A stretch of DNA of 64,000 bases from Raillietiella orientalis (GCA_036172245.1 JAYWIR010000033.1:2232001-2296000), one strand, 5' to 3'; shown: positions 1-13,699, numbered from the stretch's first letter. Translations and numbers: made by a program. The notes: generated by a model not told the origin, from the sequence alone.

Positions 1-623
1 TTTAATTAAAATATATCAATGTATAAAATTTCTTTTACAGGATTATATTATCATACATGGAGTACTATATACAGCCCGCGTAATGTTGCAAACCTATGTA
101 TGTGGCCCGAGAAGAAGAAAGGTTGAGTATCACTGGTGCGGTTGGTACTTGCAAAGTACGTCTACCTGCTATCTGCTGCAAGGAAACGGTTGCCCGTCGC
201 TGTTGTACACTGCTTCCTGTTTGCCTTATTGTACGAAAGAGACCCGCGAGTATTCAGGTCTTCAGCATCCCGGTGTTCTATTCTTTGTGGAAATCTGAAG
301 TCCAGCACGCCGGAAAGGAGGCCACTGGACCACCCAGATCCACACAACCTTAGGTACCGAGATCTTTACATTTCCAGTTGGCATCCCTTTAAAGACTTAT
401 TTTCTCCCGGGCAGTGCGTACGCTGCTGATGGTGTTCACCCATTTCTACTGCTTCTTCGATTGGAGGCGCTGCATTTCCTTGTGCATCCTTTTTGTTCGA
501 GCAATGGACAGAAAAACGTGTTCTATCGTTCAATTCCTTCCCTCTGCCTGAGGACCCTTGTGTGCCCCATAGCCACGAACGCATGTTTCATTCCGAGGTC
601 TCCAAGTAGTCTCAGCTGACCTC

Positions 624-984
624 ATGGAGAAGTTGTGCTCTCGTTTCACAGATTCCCCCACATGTTCGACTTGCTTTGTCTTAACGTCAATCCTTCTTGT
701 AGTACATTTCGGTAAAAAGTTGAGGTGCGAGGACCTGACTCTTCTATACGGAACAGCGAAGTGTGGGGAACTGCAAGTGCAAGACTGGAACGGCGGGTTC
801 CGTGGTCTCCGTAAGAGTGAGCGTAGGATTTCGTGACGGAATTCGCGGTTTCCTCGGATTCCTGCTCTTGAGAACCACAACTTGGACAACCGCCATGGAA
901 CTTACAGCCAATCCTTTTTTTAATTATGGACAAGGTGTTCCGCTTTTAATCCCAGGAAATATACAGTTCGCCTTGCCCCTTTAG
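624..984 (+). pseudogene. Ionotropic receptor (IR/iGluR-like) relic, S1 ligand-binding lobe
   Basis: SILLVVHFGKKLRCEDLTLLYG..DWNGGFRGL../..TAMELTANPFFNYGQGVPLLIP resembles iGluR D+L..LA.KL.F..YG..WNGM+G.L..+DF+.PF...G+.+L+..P; frameshifted. Confidence 0.55.
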
Positions 985-1299
985 TCACCTGGCAAAGAAG
1001 AACTGATTACAGTTGTGATAGATGTCAAAGGTCATTCAATTTTGACCACCGCTCCTCAGGGCGAACCTGTCACATCAAAAATCTCATGATTTTGAAAGCT
1101 TGAAAGTGTGAAAGAAGTTCTTTATTTATCTGCGAAGTGGCTAAGAGTGCGCTAGTGAAATCTTCGCAAAGCTGAAGGGATTACTAATAATAATAGTGTG
1201 GATATTTAAACATCTTATACCAAAATATGCGCATACTTTGGAGCCATGTACAGCCATTTAATATCCTTTATTCAAGGGATAAATAAATAGATTACTTTT

Positions 1300-2900
1300 C
1301 CTGATATATTCTCGAGGTTGTTTGTAGGGTATCAACATTTTATTGGGTGATTTATAATGGCGATACTGCGGTTGAATCAAAAAGATGGGCGGAGTAATTG
1401 AAAGGGCATCACGTGGAAGCAGAGATGCAAGCGCATCTCCGAGAAACTGGTGAAAGAAGTCTAAACTGGGATCGATGCTTGCATCGAGATAAACTGGAAG
1501 ATTCGAGAACGGCGTTGCAAGTGCAAGAGCTTCTCCAGCAATGCCTCGCCCTGTGTCGAATCCATCGACCCATGACCACCCACGAACAAGAAAACGGGGA
1601 ACGTGCCGTTTGGTAGAAAGTATCCTAAGAGGAAGCTCCGTTTCCAAAATGACTGAGTAGTAAAGCAAACAATTTTGACCTCTGACTCATTCTAATTTAC
1701 CTCAAAAAACCAACGGAACTTGGCTTTGTTCTCCTTTTAATGAAATACGCATACATGCAGTGTTTCACACATCATGAGTTCAGGAAGTGTTTCAAAGGTG
1801 GCGAATCGCTCAGCCATTCGACTTTGACCACTGTCTGCTCATGTCAGAGTTCACACTCCAACGTCTTGAAGACCTACAGCGGCTACCTACTCAGCTTGTT
1901 TGATGATTTTCAAGGATCTTTGATCTCATCTGGCAGCCTCAGAATTCGACATGAATTTTTGAACTGAAGAAGCAACACAAAGTTGAGAAATCAACTCTCT
2001 CGAAATCCAGAATAGCCTAAAGACCAAGCACGGGTGCTCCAGGAAGAAATCACGGTTGCAGGTGTTCAGCATCCGCTTTACAAGTTTAACAGTTTGCATG
2101 ATTTCTCGGAAGCTTCAAGCGAATTCCATGATCCATCGATGGTCAGGAAAGCACTTCGAATGCCAGAAGCTCATAAATGAAATCAGATAAGGAAGAGACT
2201 GAAAAAGAATCCAGAAGACAGATTAGCAAGAGTAAGCACTGAAATCTATCCATTGGTTATGGAGCATTTTTAGAACGTAATAGAGCAAGAAAAATCCATG
2301 TGAACTCCAAGAGAACCAGATTCCCTCCACACAAGTCATCAGCAGAGCAGTCCAGATAATTGGGTTACCCAGCCGAAAAGAAAGAGCACGATATGCAGCT
2401 GAAAGATTCAACGAATCATGCAGATGAGCGGAAAATGAAATCGAAGGGGAAAAAAGGCAGCACTCCAAGAGAGCGTGGCCTTGATTCTTCCGAAAATGCA
2501 AGCAAAAGGAGCCGGCAAAATCTGTGGAATTCCATGGGAGGACCGTTTCGACGGGATTGGACTCGAATCTGCCGGGGCCGAACGGAAAGCGCTGCAGCGC
2601 GAGTCAGCTTTGCCTGCGACCGCATCCGCTTCCGGATTACGAACCCGGAATGGAGTAGCCGGAAGAACCGAACAGCAGCTTAAAAGCTGCTACTGGAATC
2701 TGATTCCAGAATCGATACAAGAAGCAAGTGTGCCTCGTGAGATGCATTTTGACCGAGAGAAGAGCATCGAAAAGAGGCAACGAGATTTCACTTCATCATC
2801 CATTGTGCACCAACAAGTCCTAAAGCAGGGCAAGCCCTCGTGGAGGGAGGTGAATTCTTCCTCGTGCGTCTCCGCTGGCAAATGACGTCACCTGCGAGTC
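1300..2900 (-). pseudogene. IR-like relic (S1-M1-P-M2-S2)
   Basis: Ordered across frames: LPFFPFDFIFRS; LGNPIIWTALLMTCV (M1); RDFFLEH..RELISQLCVA (M2); many stops. Confidence 0.45.
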
Positions 2901-4029
2901 GACTGACGGGCTTTTTATTGAACCTTCCCCGAAAACACAAGGGGGATGGAGCTCTTTGGGGAAGCTGTCTCAAGAACTGCGTTTTCATCATCTGATTATA
3001 GTCGTTAGTGCATTTGGTCCATCATGGAAATTCGTGAATTTATGAGAAAGTGAGTGAACCTATCATTTCAGTATTGTTTTAACACGCTCACCGACCCTCA
3101 TGTGACAGCAAACCATTTGGCAAGCCATCTGATACCACGGCAGGTGCTGCTCCAGCACAGCATTCAGGAAGCGCTTTGTCATTGTCTTTGCTTTTGTCTC
3201 CGAGCCCGGCCAGGGAAATGGCCGATAGGCACAGTCTCGCGGTGAGATCCTCGGTGTCCGTGCTGCTAAAGCTTCAGTTCTCTGTAACTGCCGCCAACCC
3301 AAGCAGCGGCTGCCGACTTCCTGTTCCTGTTCTTCGGAACCAACGATATCCTCTGAGAAAACGCGAGCTGAGGCGAGAAAATACGATGCATTCCTCCGCC
3401 ATCAGGAAGGATTCGTAGTCACGGCACATGCCATCGTGGTCATTGACCTAAGGTCATGGAACCCTTGCAACAATGCTCCCCTGTTGGACCTCAGCATCCC
3501 TCATGTGCAAAGCCTTGGAGCCACCTGCAACTTTCCAAACACACGGCCGGAGCTCTGTGAAGCCATTCCGCCGAGTTGCAGCACCATGATCCCCCTCGAA
3601 CGAAAACCTGGCATCACGCAATCCCTCTAGCTTGGCGCACCGGGATAGGCATCAACAGGAATGACCTACCAAAGTTATGTATGTACGCTTGATTCATCGG
3701 CATTCAAAATTTCCAGACTTCGTACATCAGCCACTTGAATTTGTAGGAAAAAAATTGTTTCAGGACGAACGCACTTCGCGCCTCATCATTGGATGCAACG
3801 AAAATCAAAGGCTTTCCTTCCCGTCGCGATAGTGATAAGCAGTGGCAAACGGCAAGGGTTCCGATGTTCCTGGGAGCATCCTCACTGTCCCTTCCGCTGC
3901 TAGTGCTCATGGAGTCTTGACCATTTGGCAGGCCATCTGATAGTGAGGGGGTGCAGGTGTTGTTCCTCAACAGCGTTCCGGAAACGCTTTAAATCATTTA
4001 AAGGTCTGCGTTTCTACGTGCCCTCATCC

Positions 4030-5320
4030 CATCCCTACGAACAACAGAGAGCTGCAGTGCGCACGATTCTGAATACGATTTGAACATAACAGCGAGCAAA
4101 AATTCTGAAAAGAAGAGTGGTGCTCCACAGCATGGCCTTTGGAGAGAACTGGAAGAGACTCGAGAGTCATTCTCGATTTCTGCTGCCCTCTTCGGCAGCT
4201 CGGCAGCAGCAATCGAGGAGACACGGCATGTAGACCATGAGGTTCACGATGGTGTGTTCATACACGTTCATGACCGAGACGTATGTCGAGCAATCAGTAG
4301 AAAAAGGCACTACAATTCTTTCTGCAGAATAGTTGCAGCTAACCACAGTCAAAGACGCCACTCAATAATTCTTTGAGATCATTAGGGACAGTACTTGTTT
4401 CCATAAAGTGTTCCTACACGTGTCTTCTGGCAGAAAGAGTTTGCTGGAGGATGGAGCACTTGGCTGTTTCGTGGATCCTGGAACTGGAACGTCCATCAAA
4501 CTACTCGCTCGAAAATATCAGCATCTTCTAAGAAGCCGACTTCGCCATCACTCTTGACTGTGACGATGCACGAACCGATAAGTTCTCAGAACTCTGTGTC
4601 GTCTCCTTGTTGGAACTCGAAGGATGAACTGCCGATACCCTCCTCCCACTCTGCGCTGAAACTGGAGCAATCCGATCTCTCCTTGTATTTTATCCCTGGA
4701 ACTCAGTCTCGGAAGTCGGCCACTTTTTCCTTTCCTCTCCCAGCTCCACGAAACGGGAATGGCATCGCTGCTTAGTATATCAAAGTGAAACTTCGCAAGC
4801 ACTTGAATGGGCGCAATGGCCGAGAAAGAACATGTTGAAAGAGAATAAGCATCCGTGCGCTGCAGGAGAGATATTTTCAGATTAAGTCAATGTCCTACTA
4901 ATACGGATGGTACCTTCAGAAGATACATTTCGATTTAGCCGAAAAGCCGAGAAGCGATAAGATATGTGCATAAACTTGTTACCGCTTGGCAAATACCAAC
5001 ATTTTGAAGTGCTTAGGATTGACAACTTGGTCATTCTCATCAACCAATGAGAATGAGAGCTTTCATGTTCACAACATCATTAATTAATTTTTAAAACTCC
5101 TGTGCATTCGCGGAAGCAACCTTTTGCTGCATTCCCCGAGGCATGTGTAGCCTTGGTGAATGTGCAAATGCTGCTCCCGTGGAAGATCCCCGTACAAAAT
5201 TGCCTGAGAAGCTAGGTTTGCCCCCAAAGTTTGTGGCTTCCGAAGGTGTGTCAACCAGCAAACACAGATGCACGCGTATGCTGCAGCATGTTCAAACTTC
5301 TGGACCATATCACACAAGCT
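4030..5320 (-). pseudogene. IR-like relic (M2-S2-M3)
   Basis: ARMLILF../ILSSDAIP/PFPF (M2 end), then C-terminal RMTLESL../TTLLF/FSEFLL (M3 ending in E). Confidence 0.35.
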
Positions 5321-5494
5321 AGGCGTGCAGCCAAACGCACATACCCATGCCTATTCGACTATTATACCCAGTGTCGGCCACCTGAAAACCGGCACGCCTC
5401 AGGTTTCATGCCGTTTTGCCGCGAAGCCAGGCGGGGCGGGTTTAGGGTACGGTATGTACGCGGGTATGGTGTAGCGATGTACTTATAGTCACAG

Positions 5495-6240
5495 TCAGCG
5501 TACCAAATAACGTGGCCTGCTGGCTTCTTGCACTCTTCGCTTTATACTCTTCACTGACTCCCTGGTATCATCTGCTCCAGAGGCTTCCCGAAACCGTTCA
5601 AAAGAATTCGAAACCCACGAGCACCATGAATCACAGTGGTGAATACGAGGATCCAGGAAGGATCTAGGAAGCCCGCACCACATCGTCGAAGTAAGATGCA
5701 CTCTGAGATCTCAAGGAGAGAGGATGCAAGGACGAATCCCGCTGCACCTCTCCCGTCCTCAGGGAACCAAGCAGCCATAAACCTCGGGGAACTCTGGAAA
5801 GGGCAAGGGAGTCGTGGGTGGAACAAACGTGAAGCTCGGATCCTTTCATATGATGGGACGTCTGAGCGCCGAAGTCCATAATCTCAGAAAACAGCAACAA
5901 AAAAGAAAGAGCCTTAGCGTATCTGATAATGCAGCGGGCTAAGAGTGTGCTGAGAGGCTGAGCTACAGCACAGCTTCCTCTTTCGCCATGACTGGAGGAT
6001 TCGACAATAATCTCTCAATCCCGGTTGATGGACTTCTTGTTTTCTCCATAACCCTCAGTCTTTCGTGGCTCAAATTTACAGTGGGGACATCCTGGATGCC
6101 ATCTTCTAGGTTCTTTAGCTGCCTACTGAGGCTTTTGCAACGAGTCAGGGGTTCCCATAACAACGTCCGACTGAGTCAGATCGCCGTGTCTTCGTGTCCC
6201 ATGCTCCCTCCCAGGTGGAGAGAAAGGAATCTGGGGTGAG
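5495..6240 (-). other. Candidate EVE: mononegaviral L protein, region after RdRp motif D
   Basis: In order: LGGSMGHEDTAI/CYG; KSLSRQLKNLEDGIQDVPTV (K..SR......PT); LLLFSEIMDFGAQTSHHMKG; LHPLSL; RPRYL. This is collinear with the end of L conserved region III and region IV; frameshifted. Confidence 0.45.
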
Positions 6241-6299
6241 ATTCCCTATTTCCATTCAGAAGTCCGGCTGCAATAATAGAAGTTCCGGGTTGCTCTTGT

Positions 6300-7420
6300 A
6301 GCAGCAACACTCGCTATGAGGAATGATGGTGCTGCAGTTATGTAGTGCGTTTCCAACCCAGTTCGCTTGCGACTGCGTGACGAATTTCGTACACTCTGTG
6401 CTACGTACACTGCTGCTTAGAACGGTGCTGTCTGGGGCATTTGACTCGCATTCTTCGAGTACATGGCGAACTTCCTGCCGCTGCGAAGCATATCGTCGCT
6501 GTTGCAGGCTTTCCGTCCAGTTCCTTCATCCAGCTGATGGCATATGCTGCGGTACATCATTTTGCGTCTAATTTGATCTCTCCTTGTCCGTGAGATCTCG
6601 AGTGCTTGTAGGTTTGGGGGGAGCCAGCTACGAGTTGGGGTATCAACCGCAAGAACAAGACATTCCACAGGTCCGTGCGTTTGCAAACTCCGAGGAACGC
6701 TCTTTCATTAGCTACCGGAAGCAAGAGGGACTTCGGGAAGCTACAAGCAGGGACACCTTACCGAGCTTCATGATTTCTGAGCCGTTCGAGAACGGTCGAT
6801 TGCTTTTTCCTCGCTCCTCAGGAAGGTAATCTCAGTTTTCCTTCTCCGCCTTCACACTGACCACGTTCCTTCCTGTGGAGAGGTAGCTAAATGGAAGTTT
6901 CCTAAAGTATTCACGCGGAACCGCCATCTTGGGAAACCGACAGCTCCGTATCTGTCGGTGACAGCGGGAGGAGCAGAAAAAGAGCAAAGGTCTGTTCCCT
7001 ATTGCGAAAAAAAAAAAAAAGCAGGCATTTGTTCCTTTTGGTTTTCTTTCTCCAGACCGCTTAGTAAATATGAAAGATCTTTGACCACCAGCTCTAGTGT
7101 CCGGTTCCTTGGAAAAGAGAAACTCTCCTTGCTGTTTCTTCTCTGCTCTCGGACGTTTTCGCAGACCGTGGTCAGGGTTGGAAAAGGAATCGATTTCGGT
7201 CTGAGGTCCCTGAACGAACCGAGGTTTCATCGAGAGCAGTTTTGCACACATTATATTCATCCGAACTCCACATATGGTTGCCGCCAGGTCGTCTTTCTCC
7301 GTGCCAAATTTCCCTTCATTCTCCTTCCCTTAGTAAAACGCTCGTGTCGAAATTACAAAAACAGCGCCAATGTTAACTTCCTTCTGGATTCTCTACATCA
7401 CAACGATTCCTAACATTCGA
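6300..7420 (+). pseudogene. IR-like relic (P-M2-S2)
   Basis: NGAVWGI/LRVHGELP..KHIV..AYAAVHHFASNLIS (cf. Y.+NL+S); later GKEKLSLL..GIDFGLRSLNEPRF (cf. L.E.G). Confidence 0.45.
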
Positions 7421-8349
7421 ATTTACCAATCACAAAACTATTGAAAGTATGCAAAAAAAAAAAAAGAGCTTAGGAGACGAGTGGTAATCAAACAAGGAGG
7501 AAGCATGCGAAGGACCATACCTCTTTCCTAGACAGGCCAGTGGCTGCTCGAAGTCAGGAGCGGCCTCTGGCCAAGAATTAGTCTTCCATAAACGGCAAAG
7601 GGTCTTTCGTCTTTTGGTCTTTCGAGGGGGCAAGAGGAGGAGCCCAGGTGCAGATAGGGTTAAGCTTCGTTTCTTTGACGTTTATCCGGCAATCACGGAT
7701 GCACTGCGCACGCCGGCGATGGGGACTTGAAGGAGCAGCTAGAAAGAGTGCCATACAACGTCCCCGGACAGAGAGTGCATGCTCTGTGGTGCGGGTCACA
7801 GATCCTCATGTCATCCCAGTTTTCCGGGGAAGCTTTTACAACAGGAAAACTTCCGTGAGCTTCGCACCCTACTTTGAATGCAGTGAGAACGCGCTGGGCA
7901 CGTCAATGGTCAAAAAAAAGGCAGAGTTAAGTGGGAAAAAATCCCAAGTTTATATACTTCGAAAGAGATGTCTTTGCTCAAGACACTCGTGAGCGCGTGG
8001 GCTTTACTCTGATAACGTGAGGAAAACATCCCAGGTGTTAGTGATTCCCCTCGATCTCTTCATTTGTTTTCCAACGAATTGAAGTTCCTTTCAGCGCTCC
8101 CTTGACGTCCCAAAGATTGCAAGTAGAGAAGGCGTGGTGTCACGCAATCCCAAGTCTGCAACCATTTAGCAAAACTTAGGAATGCTTCCCCTGGTAGTCA
8201 GACTCCAGAACTGCCCAATATCTCTGCCTTCCCTACCTTTCCACTGCCATGCTCCTCTGAGCACCACCGACTAGTTACTCAACGTGCACTATTAAATAAA
8301 GCAACACCATGGACCCAGGACAGTCAAGATGATACAAACTGCAGGCTCT

Positions 8350-9400
8350 GCTTAGTGATTATCGCGAACCGAAGATGCGCCTCTCCACACCTGCGGTGGA
8401 AACGATTTTCAAAAGATTCGAAAGAAGATTTCAAAGGATTTCGAGATTCTAAAGAAGAGACTGCATTCTCCCATCTTTCCAGGTTTCTGCTGTCTTTAGG
8501 AACTGCTGCGGAATTGGTACTTGGAGGCGTCTCCTTTTCGCACGAGCGACAGCCACCTTCTCTGATCTGAAGAGTGGCGGCTGGCTGTTCTGTCTTCTGG
8601 GCCTCATTTCGTTTGATGCGGTTTCGCCTCGGGTGGATGGGCGAAGCAGACGAAACAGATGCGGAAGTAGGCGCTCGGAAGGACTCATGCTGGAGAAGGA
8701 ATCTCCGCGCATGGTTTGCGATCTGCCTAGCAGGGACTACAGTCCAGGGCAGAGATCTTCACTTTGATCTTAGCCAAAAGGCAGAGAAGCGAACACTCAA
8801 GCTGACCGATGCTTGAGTGGACTCACTTTGGGCATCTCACTTCTCTCTTCAAAGTCCGGACCGTTTACGAGACTATCGGCAATAATATTCCGATCGAGAC
8901 GTTCTTATCCCCCTACACTTTCAAAGGAGTTCTCGACCACTTTGGTTACTGATGCAGCCTCACCGAGATCGCGGCAACCTGTGGCGTTCTTAATCCACGA
9001 GCCGGCTCCATTCTGCAATGACCGATTCGTGTTCTCTCGACGTATCGCGTCTCCTCAGCTCATGGCATGGAAAGGAGTCCCCCCCCGCCTGAAGGAACGG
9101 CTTCGAAGGAATGAAAAAGAGGAGAGAAAAGCTGTAGAGGCGGACGGAAGACGCGGAGCGACAAGATGCAGGAAGGGCAGAGAAGTTGATCTGAGGTTTT
9201 CTACCAAAACGAAGCATGGAAACAAAGGAACAAAGGAGGCCAGGGACTCCCGAGAAACTGCACTTCTGCTCCACAGATCTCCCTCAGACACATGACGAAC
9301 GAGGTGATCTCCATCTCTCTGATGCTGCAACCAGATGCAGTGAGTGTAAACTCCGGGGATGCTTGAGGCTATGAAGCAGCTATCGGTGCTCTTGCGTACG
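8350..9400 (-). pseudogene. IR-like relic (P-M2-S2)
   Basis: RSASSVRLYSFSLLFFIP (cf. P.S.S.R+); downstream QQFLKTAETWKDGRMQSLL. Confidence 0.3.
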
Positions 9401-10299
9401 TGGTTTACGTCACGAAATGATCCATTTCTTCTTTTTCCCACTTTCTTTCTATTTTTGTTCATGGAAGGTGTGCGAAAAAATTTCCTGAGGATTGCTTCTT
9501 TCGGGAATCAGGAAATGTGGAGTCTTTTTTTAAAAAAAAGAAAAAGAAAAATTGAAAGAATAGGAACGAAACGAAACCTCTAGTCTTCGGTCCTCTCCTG
9601 ATTCTGATGCCTGAAATCTGTCTCTTGTGAGAAGCAGCTGCCTCCTCTTCCTTTCACGCTATCACACGCGTCACCTTTACCTTCCCCCGCACGATCCTCC
9701 CGAAAATTCACGCCACCTCCTTTAGCAACTTCGTGATCCCTAGAAGGAACTAGAAGGAACTTCTTTCCCTTCCAGGAGTCCGCCGCATCTTTGCCCTAGG
9801 ACCACGGAGGAATTTCGGAAAGGTCTTCCTTCAAGAACGGTCTCAACGGAGGACCATCAGTCCCGCCTTCTTGTTCCGCCTCTGCTCTGCTCTTTCCGTA
9901 GCATTTCCGTAGCACTTCGGTTACGTTCGCTTCGAGGGCAGAAAGCGAAGGAAGCTGGAGGTCTCCAACCAGCATTTCCAGGAGAAAAAGGTCAATTCAG
10001 TCCTTGAGATTACGAGAAGGGAAAAGGAAAGCCTTGATCCGCGTTCCTGGAACTTGTTTTCCTCCCGCACAGTCGTCCTTCTTTGGGATCATCACTGTTT
10101 CCATCGAGGGTGCTCGAGAAGCGCACAGTCAAGACAGGACATGAGAGCTGGGGGTGGAAGACTGGGGGTGTCGAGCCATGGGGCGCTTTTATGGGAGTGG
10201 TTGTGTCGATGCCTGAGTGAGGATGCGCCCCCTGAGGGCACTTGGTCACACGGATTTGCATGACTTCCTTACTTGACTACGTCAAGAGTTTCAAAGTGA

Positions 10300-11700
10300 T
10301 CCGTAGCGAGTGAACTTTGGACTGGTTGCGCAACGAACTTCCAAGGGCATTCCAAATTTGGCCCCTTGGAGTCCTTAAGCGGGTGAAAGACCACACGGCC
10401 ACCTGTCTCTCCCGATGGCTCCGCTCTCATCGTGCGTAAGATAATGGGGCGGCTTTCTCAGCATCGACGAGCTTAGGATCTTTTACTACTCCACTGTAAG
10501 TGGGATGGGGAGCCCATGCAAGTGGTTTCTTTCCTGTGCAAATCGTCTGATCGCCGAGGGCAGAGGATGTCAAAGAATCCCTCTGTCGTCCCGCGTTTTT
10601 TTCTCAGGGAGGAGGCGTTTCAGGAGTCTTCCAGCATTTTGGACTCCAAGGAAGGTCTTTCTCCTCCGCGACTTCGCCCTTGGATCACCGCAATCTCGCG
10701 CGGTGGTCGCATCTCAGTCTTCCGCAGTCTCCCTCGAGGACGGAGGAAGGTACCGCTGGATCTCTCGAGCATCCTTCTGCACTCTGGATCGGCACGAGAG
10801 TTTGGGGAATCATCGATACAGATCAGCAAGCACGAATGGCCCCTCTCCAGCCCAGGCATATGCCAGCTCTATATCATCTTAGCGAAGAGCTGCTAATCTT
10901 ATGAAGTGAATAAGAAAGAGAAAAGCATCAGCTCGTTCTCAAGCTCTGCAAGTACCGCGGCCGAGCATTACAGGCGGAGCCATCGAGACGACAGACGTAA
11001 GCCGTGTGCGGTCGTAACCTGAAATGGAATCGCGTCCTGGCTCTAATCCCCAATTCCCGTTAGAAGTCCATCTCATCACCATTCCTCCGCAAGTGGCGCA
11101 CATGAGGAAACGCTCGCTGTTCCAGAGGCTCAGGCACTCGGACGGCTCGTTTCAAGGTCATGCAGCAATGAATAGCCGGTTGTCTCGCAACGATCGTTTC
11201 CACGAGAACCTCACCTATGATTTCCTACGATCCCCGTGGCATATCGAACCTCGGAAATAATCCAAAACCATCTTCTCATTCTGACCAGCCCGCTCAGCTG
11301 ATCCCACATTTCCTCACAGTCGCTACCGATGGCTAGCAGGAGCATTGATCGCAACTGAAGAAACAGCATCCCTCCATGCCCAACGGAATAGGCAGCCAGG
11401 TGGAGTCTGAGGTACCAAGTTCTCAGGGAACACACTTTTGGCAGCAGCTACGGCTGTGGGGAAGGTACGTGGTTTCTCTGGAGATAGTGATCCGCCGATT
11501 TGTTGTCCGAAAAAGAAACGTGGGTCGGCATCACTGCTGATGCAAATCGTGAACTTTGAAGAGGGGCCATAGATGGGGTCACGCGTAAATTCGTCCTCCA
11601 GAGCTGTGAGCAGCCTTCTGTTCTCGAGGTTTGCCAAAGCAAATCATCACCAACAACATGGATACTCGAGGAGCGCACCAGCTTCCCGGATTCGGACCCT
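10300..11700 (-). pseudogene. IR-like relic (S1 to M2)
   Basis: NLENRRLLTA; DCEEMWDQLSGLV..ATGIVGNHR; QSLRT/LMLFSFLFTS..LFAKMI.WHMP. Confidence 0.4.
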
Positions 11701-11849
11701 CACGTGAATCTCATGAACCAACAGCAAAAAGAGCCTTCAAGCCGGTGTCCTTTAGAGCTCCAAGGTGACGCGGAACGCTTCTACGGTTCCCGTAGGGGCT
11801 TCCTGTGAAAAATCTGGAAGCATCACTGGAAAAATTTAGAATCACGACC

Positions 11850-13620
11850 CGCATTATGAGGATGCAATTTTTCTTTGTTTGTCACGTGTGAACTCTTCCA
11901 AGTCGATGCCTCCAGCAGATAGGATGATCGCTTGCTGTCGGGCTGCAAGCGACGGGATGCTTCAAATGTTCCTTTCTTGTTTTCCACGATGTTCCTTTGG
12001 ACAACCATTTCTCAAAACTGCGATAAAGGAAATGAATGGCGATCGTAAACGCAAACTCATTCCCCTACAAGTAGGTTTGCTTGGATACGTATCCAGTTGG
12101 AAACGTTTGACTTGTATGCGTCCACACGTTTTTTTGGTTGATTTGGTATCACTGTCCTCGGCGAGTGCTCCATTTTCAAAGTTGTCGAAATTCCGTTCGT
12201 TCCAAGGCATGCAAGCTTTTCTTCGTACCCCAAAGGATAACCGCGTCTCCCGAACCATCATCTCCTGACTTCACTTCAACGACGAAACGTCTCTCATCCT
12301 ACGAGACTCGATACCCATTATGCCAACCTTTTTGCCGCAATGGGCGGCTGACTGTCTACAGCTTTTCCATCACCCATTTCCTTTGATGTCGTTCTGATTC
12401 AGAGATCCCTACCGACGTGTGCAGCTGCGTCCATTTAGCGACCCGGGTCCGAATTCTTCTCCTTTTCTGTTCCTGGAGTTTCCTCCACCTTTACAGCGTG
12501 CGGCAGCCGCAGTGGGCAAATCGGATGAGCACCGTCTGTCTGACGGTTGGTATTTTCCGATTCCCATTTTGCATCGGTGCTTTATGCATGCTTTTAGGAG
12601 CCGCAGCTCGCTATTTGCACAATCACGTGATCGAATTTTTCGTCGAGACCATTGGAACAGAGCCCCACTTCATGCTTCCGGGTTCTGCATGAAACGACGC
12701 ATGGAGGATGTGATTCCACACCTAAAATCCTCACTCACTGAGGCAGCAAAGGAAATCGAAGAGGAGATGCCGTTGCATTCGAAGATCTCCATAGTTGTAG
12801 ATTCTAGTGGAGAGAGCTGCTTCGATCTTTGAAGGTATCAAAACTGCCTGCATTCCGACTTGAATAGCATCGGGAGAAGAATTCTCACTCGCTATTAGCC
12901 CTTTTTGTTCCCGCTGTTTGTGGAGCCTTCGCGTCCTGACCGTTCAGCGCCACTGGGCATGCAGACCTGGAGGCTCCTCTGGAATGACCGATGGACTCTG
13001 CTTCGCCAAATGAATTCTCCAATTTTCTTGATCAGAATTGATATACGACGTTCGCTTATTACCAACAGAGGTCACAGATTCGAAACAGAAGAGAAAAAAT
13101 GATATATTCCTCTTGTGAATCGGAAGCGCAGCAGTAAATTTCTTGGAGGATATCATTTTCTTAGTTACGTGCAGAAGCAGAAACGCATAGAGACAGTGAT
13201 AGGAAACAGCACTGAAATGTTGAACTTTGGCGATTGACAGGCAGTAACCGTTTCAGAGTTCAAGGCGTATCAGCTCGTAATTTCCATGAGTGGGATAACG
13301 GATCTCCCTCTAACACCTCCATCTCTTTTCTGCCAAAGATCTCTCTAAAAAATTTAAGCAATGATAGTATCGAGCAAGATCGATGGCAGCTTTAATAAAT
13401 GAGAGGCAAGAGTTGTTGCAGATGTTCACGGGCCGCCATTGGTAACCAATGGCGGCCCGTACCGCACTTTTGGGAAGACGAGTATCATATGGTGGTTGCC
13501 GTACTCACGGCTGAGGCCCTTCAGAGATTTTTGTTGCTGATTCTAGCGCGTCTGACATCTGTTTTTTGTTGTTGTTGTTAGCATTTGAAAGATACGGAAT
13601 CCTCTTTAAAGATTCTCCAC
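11850..13620 (+). pseudogene. IR-like relic (S1 end to M3)
   Basis: F*FRDP..LRPFS; FSDS/CIGALCMLLG; RDRIF; LKSSLTEAAKEIEEEMPLHSKISIVVD; FETEEK; CFLLLLLAFE. The order matches IR75-like FR.P..LPF..SD..GA+CQQG..RI..SLLQ.P..I.TL.DLL.S..TF.E.EKC..E. Confidence 0.6.
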
Positions 13621-13699
13621 TGCCCTTTATACGCTGATTAACTTCTCTCAAATTCCGTTGCCTTTCCCGCCCACGGATGGATCCTTGAATAGGGATTAC

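Noticed and set aside
129..155. P-loop-like ITGAVGTCK
   Set aside because: It is not GxxxxGK[ST], and there is no Walker B or other NTPase context.
5338..5470. Possible MITE with cataccc/gggtatg ends
   Set aside because: The inverted match is short, with no TSD and no second copy in the window.
7450..8300. Further possible IR relics here and at 43750-44700
   Set aside because: Only one or two weak motifs each, too little to list as features.
12533..12560. SDGWYFP resembling URGCP/very large GTPase
   Set aside because: An isolated short match; the flanking frames give an ordered IR motif series instead.
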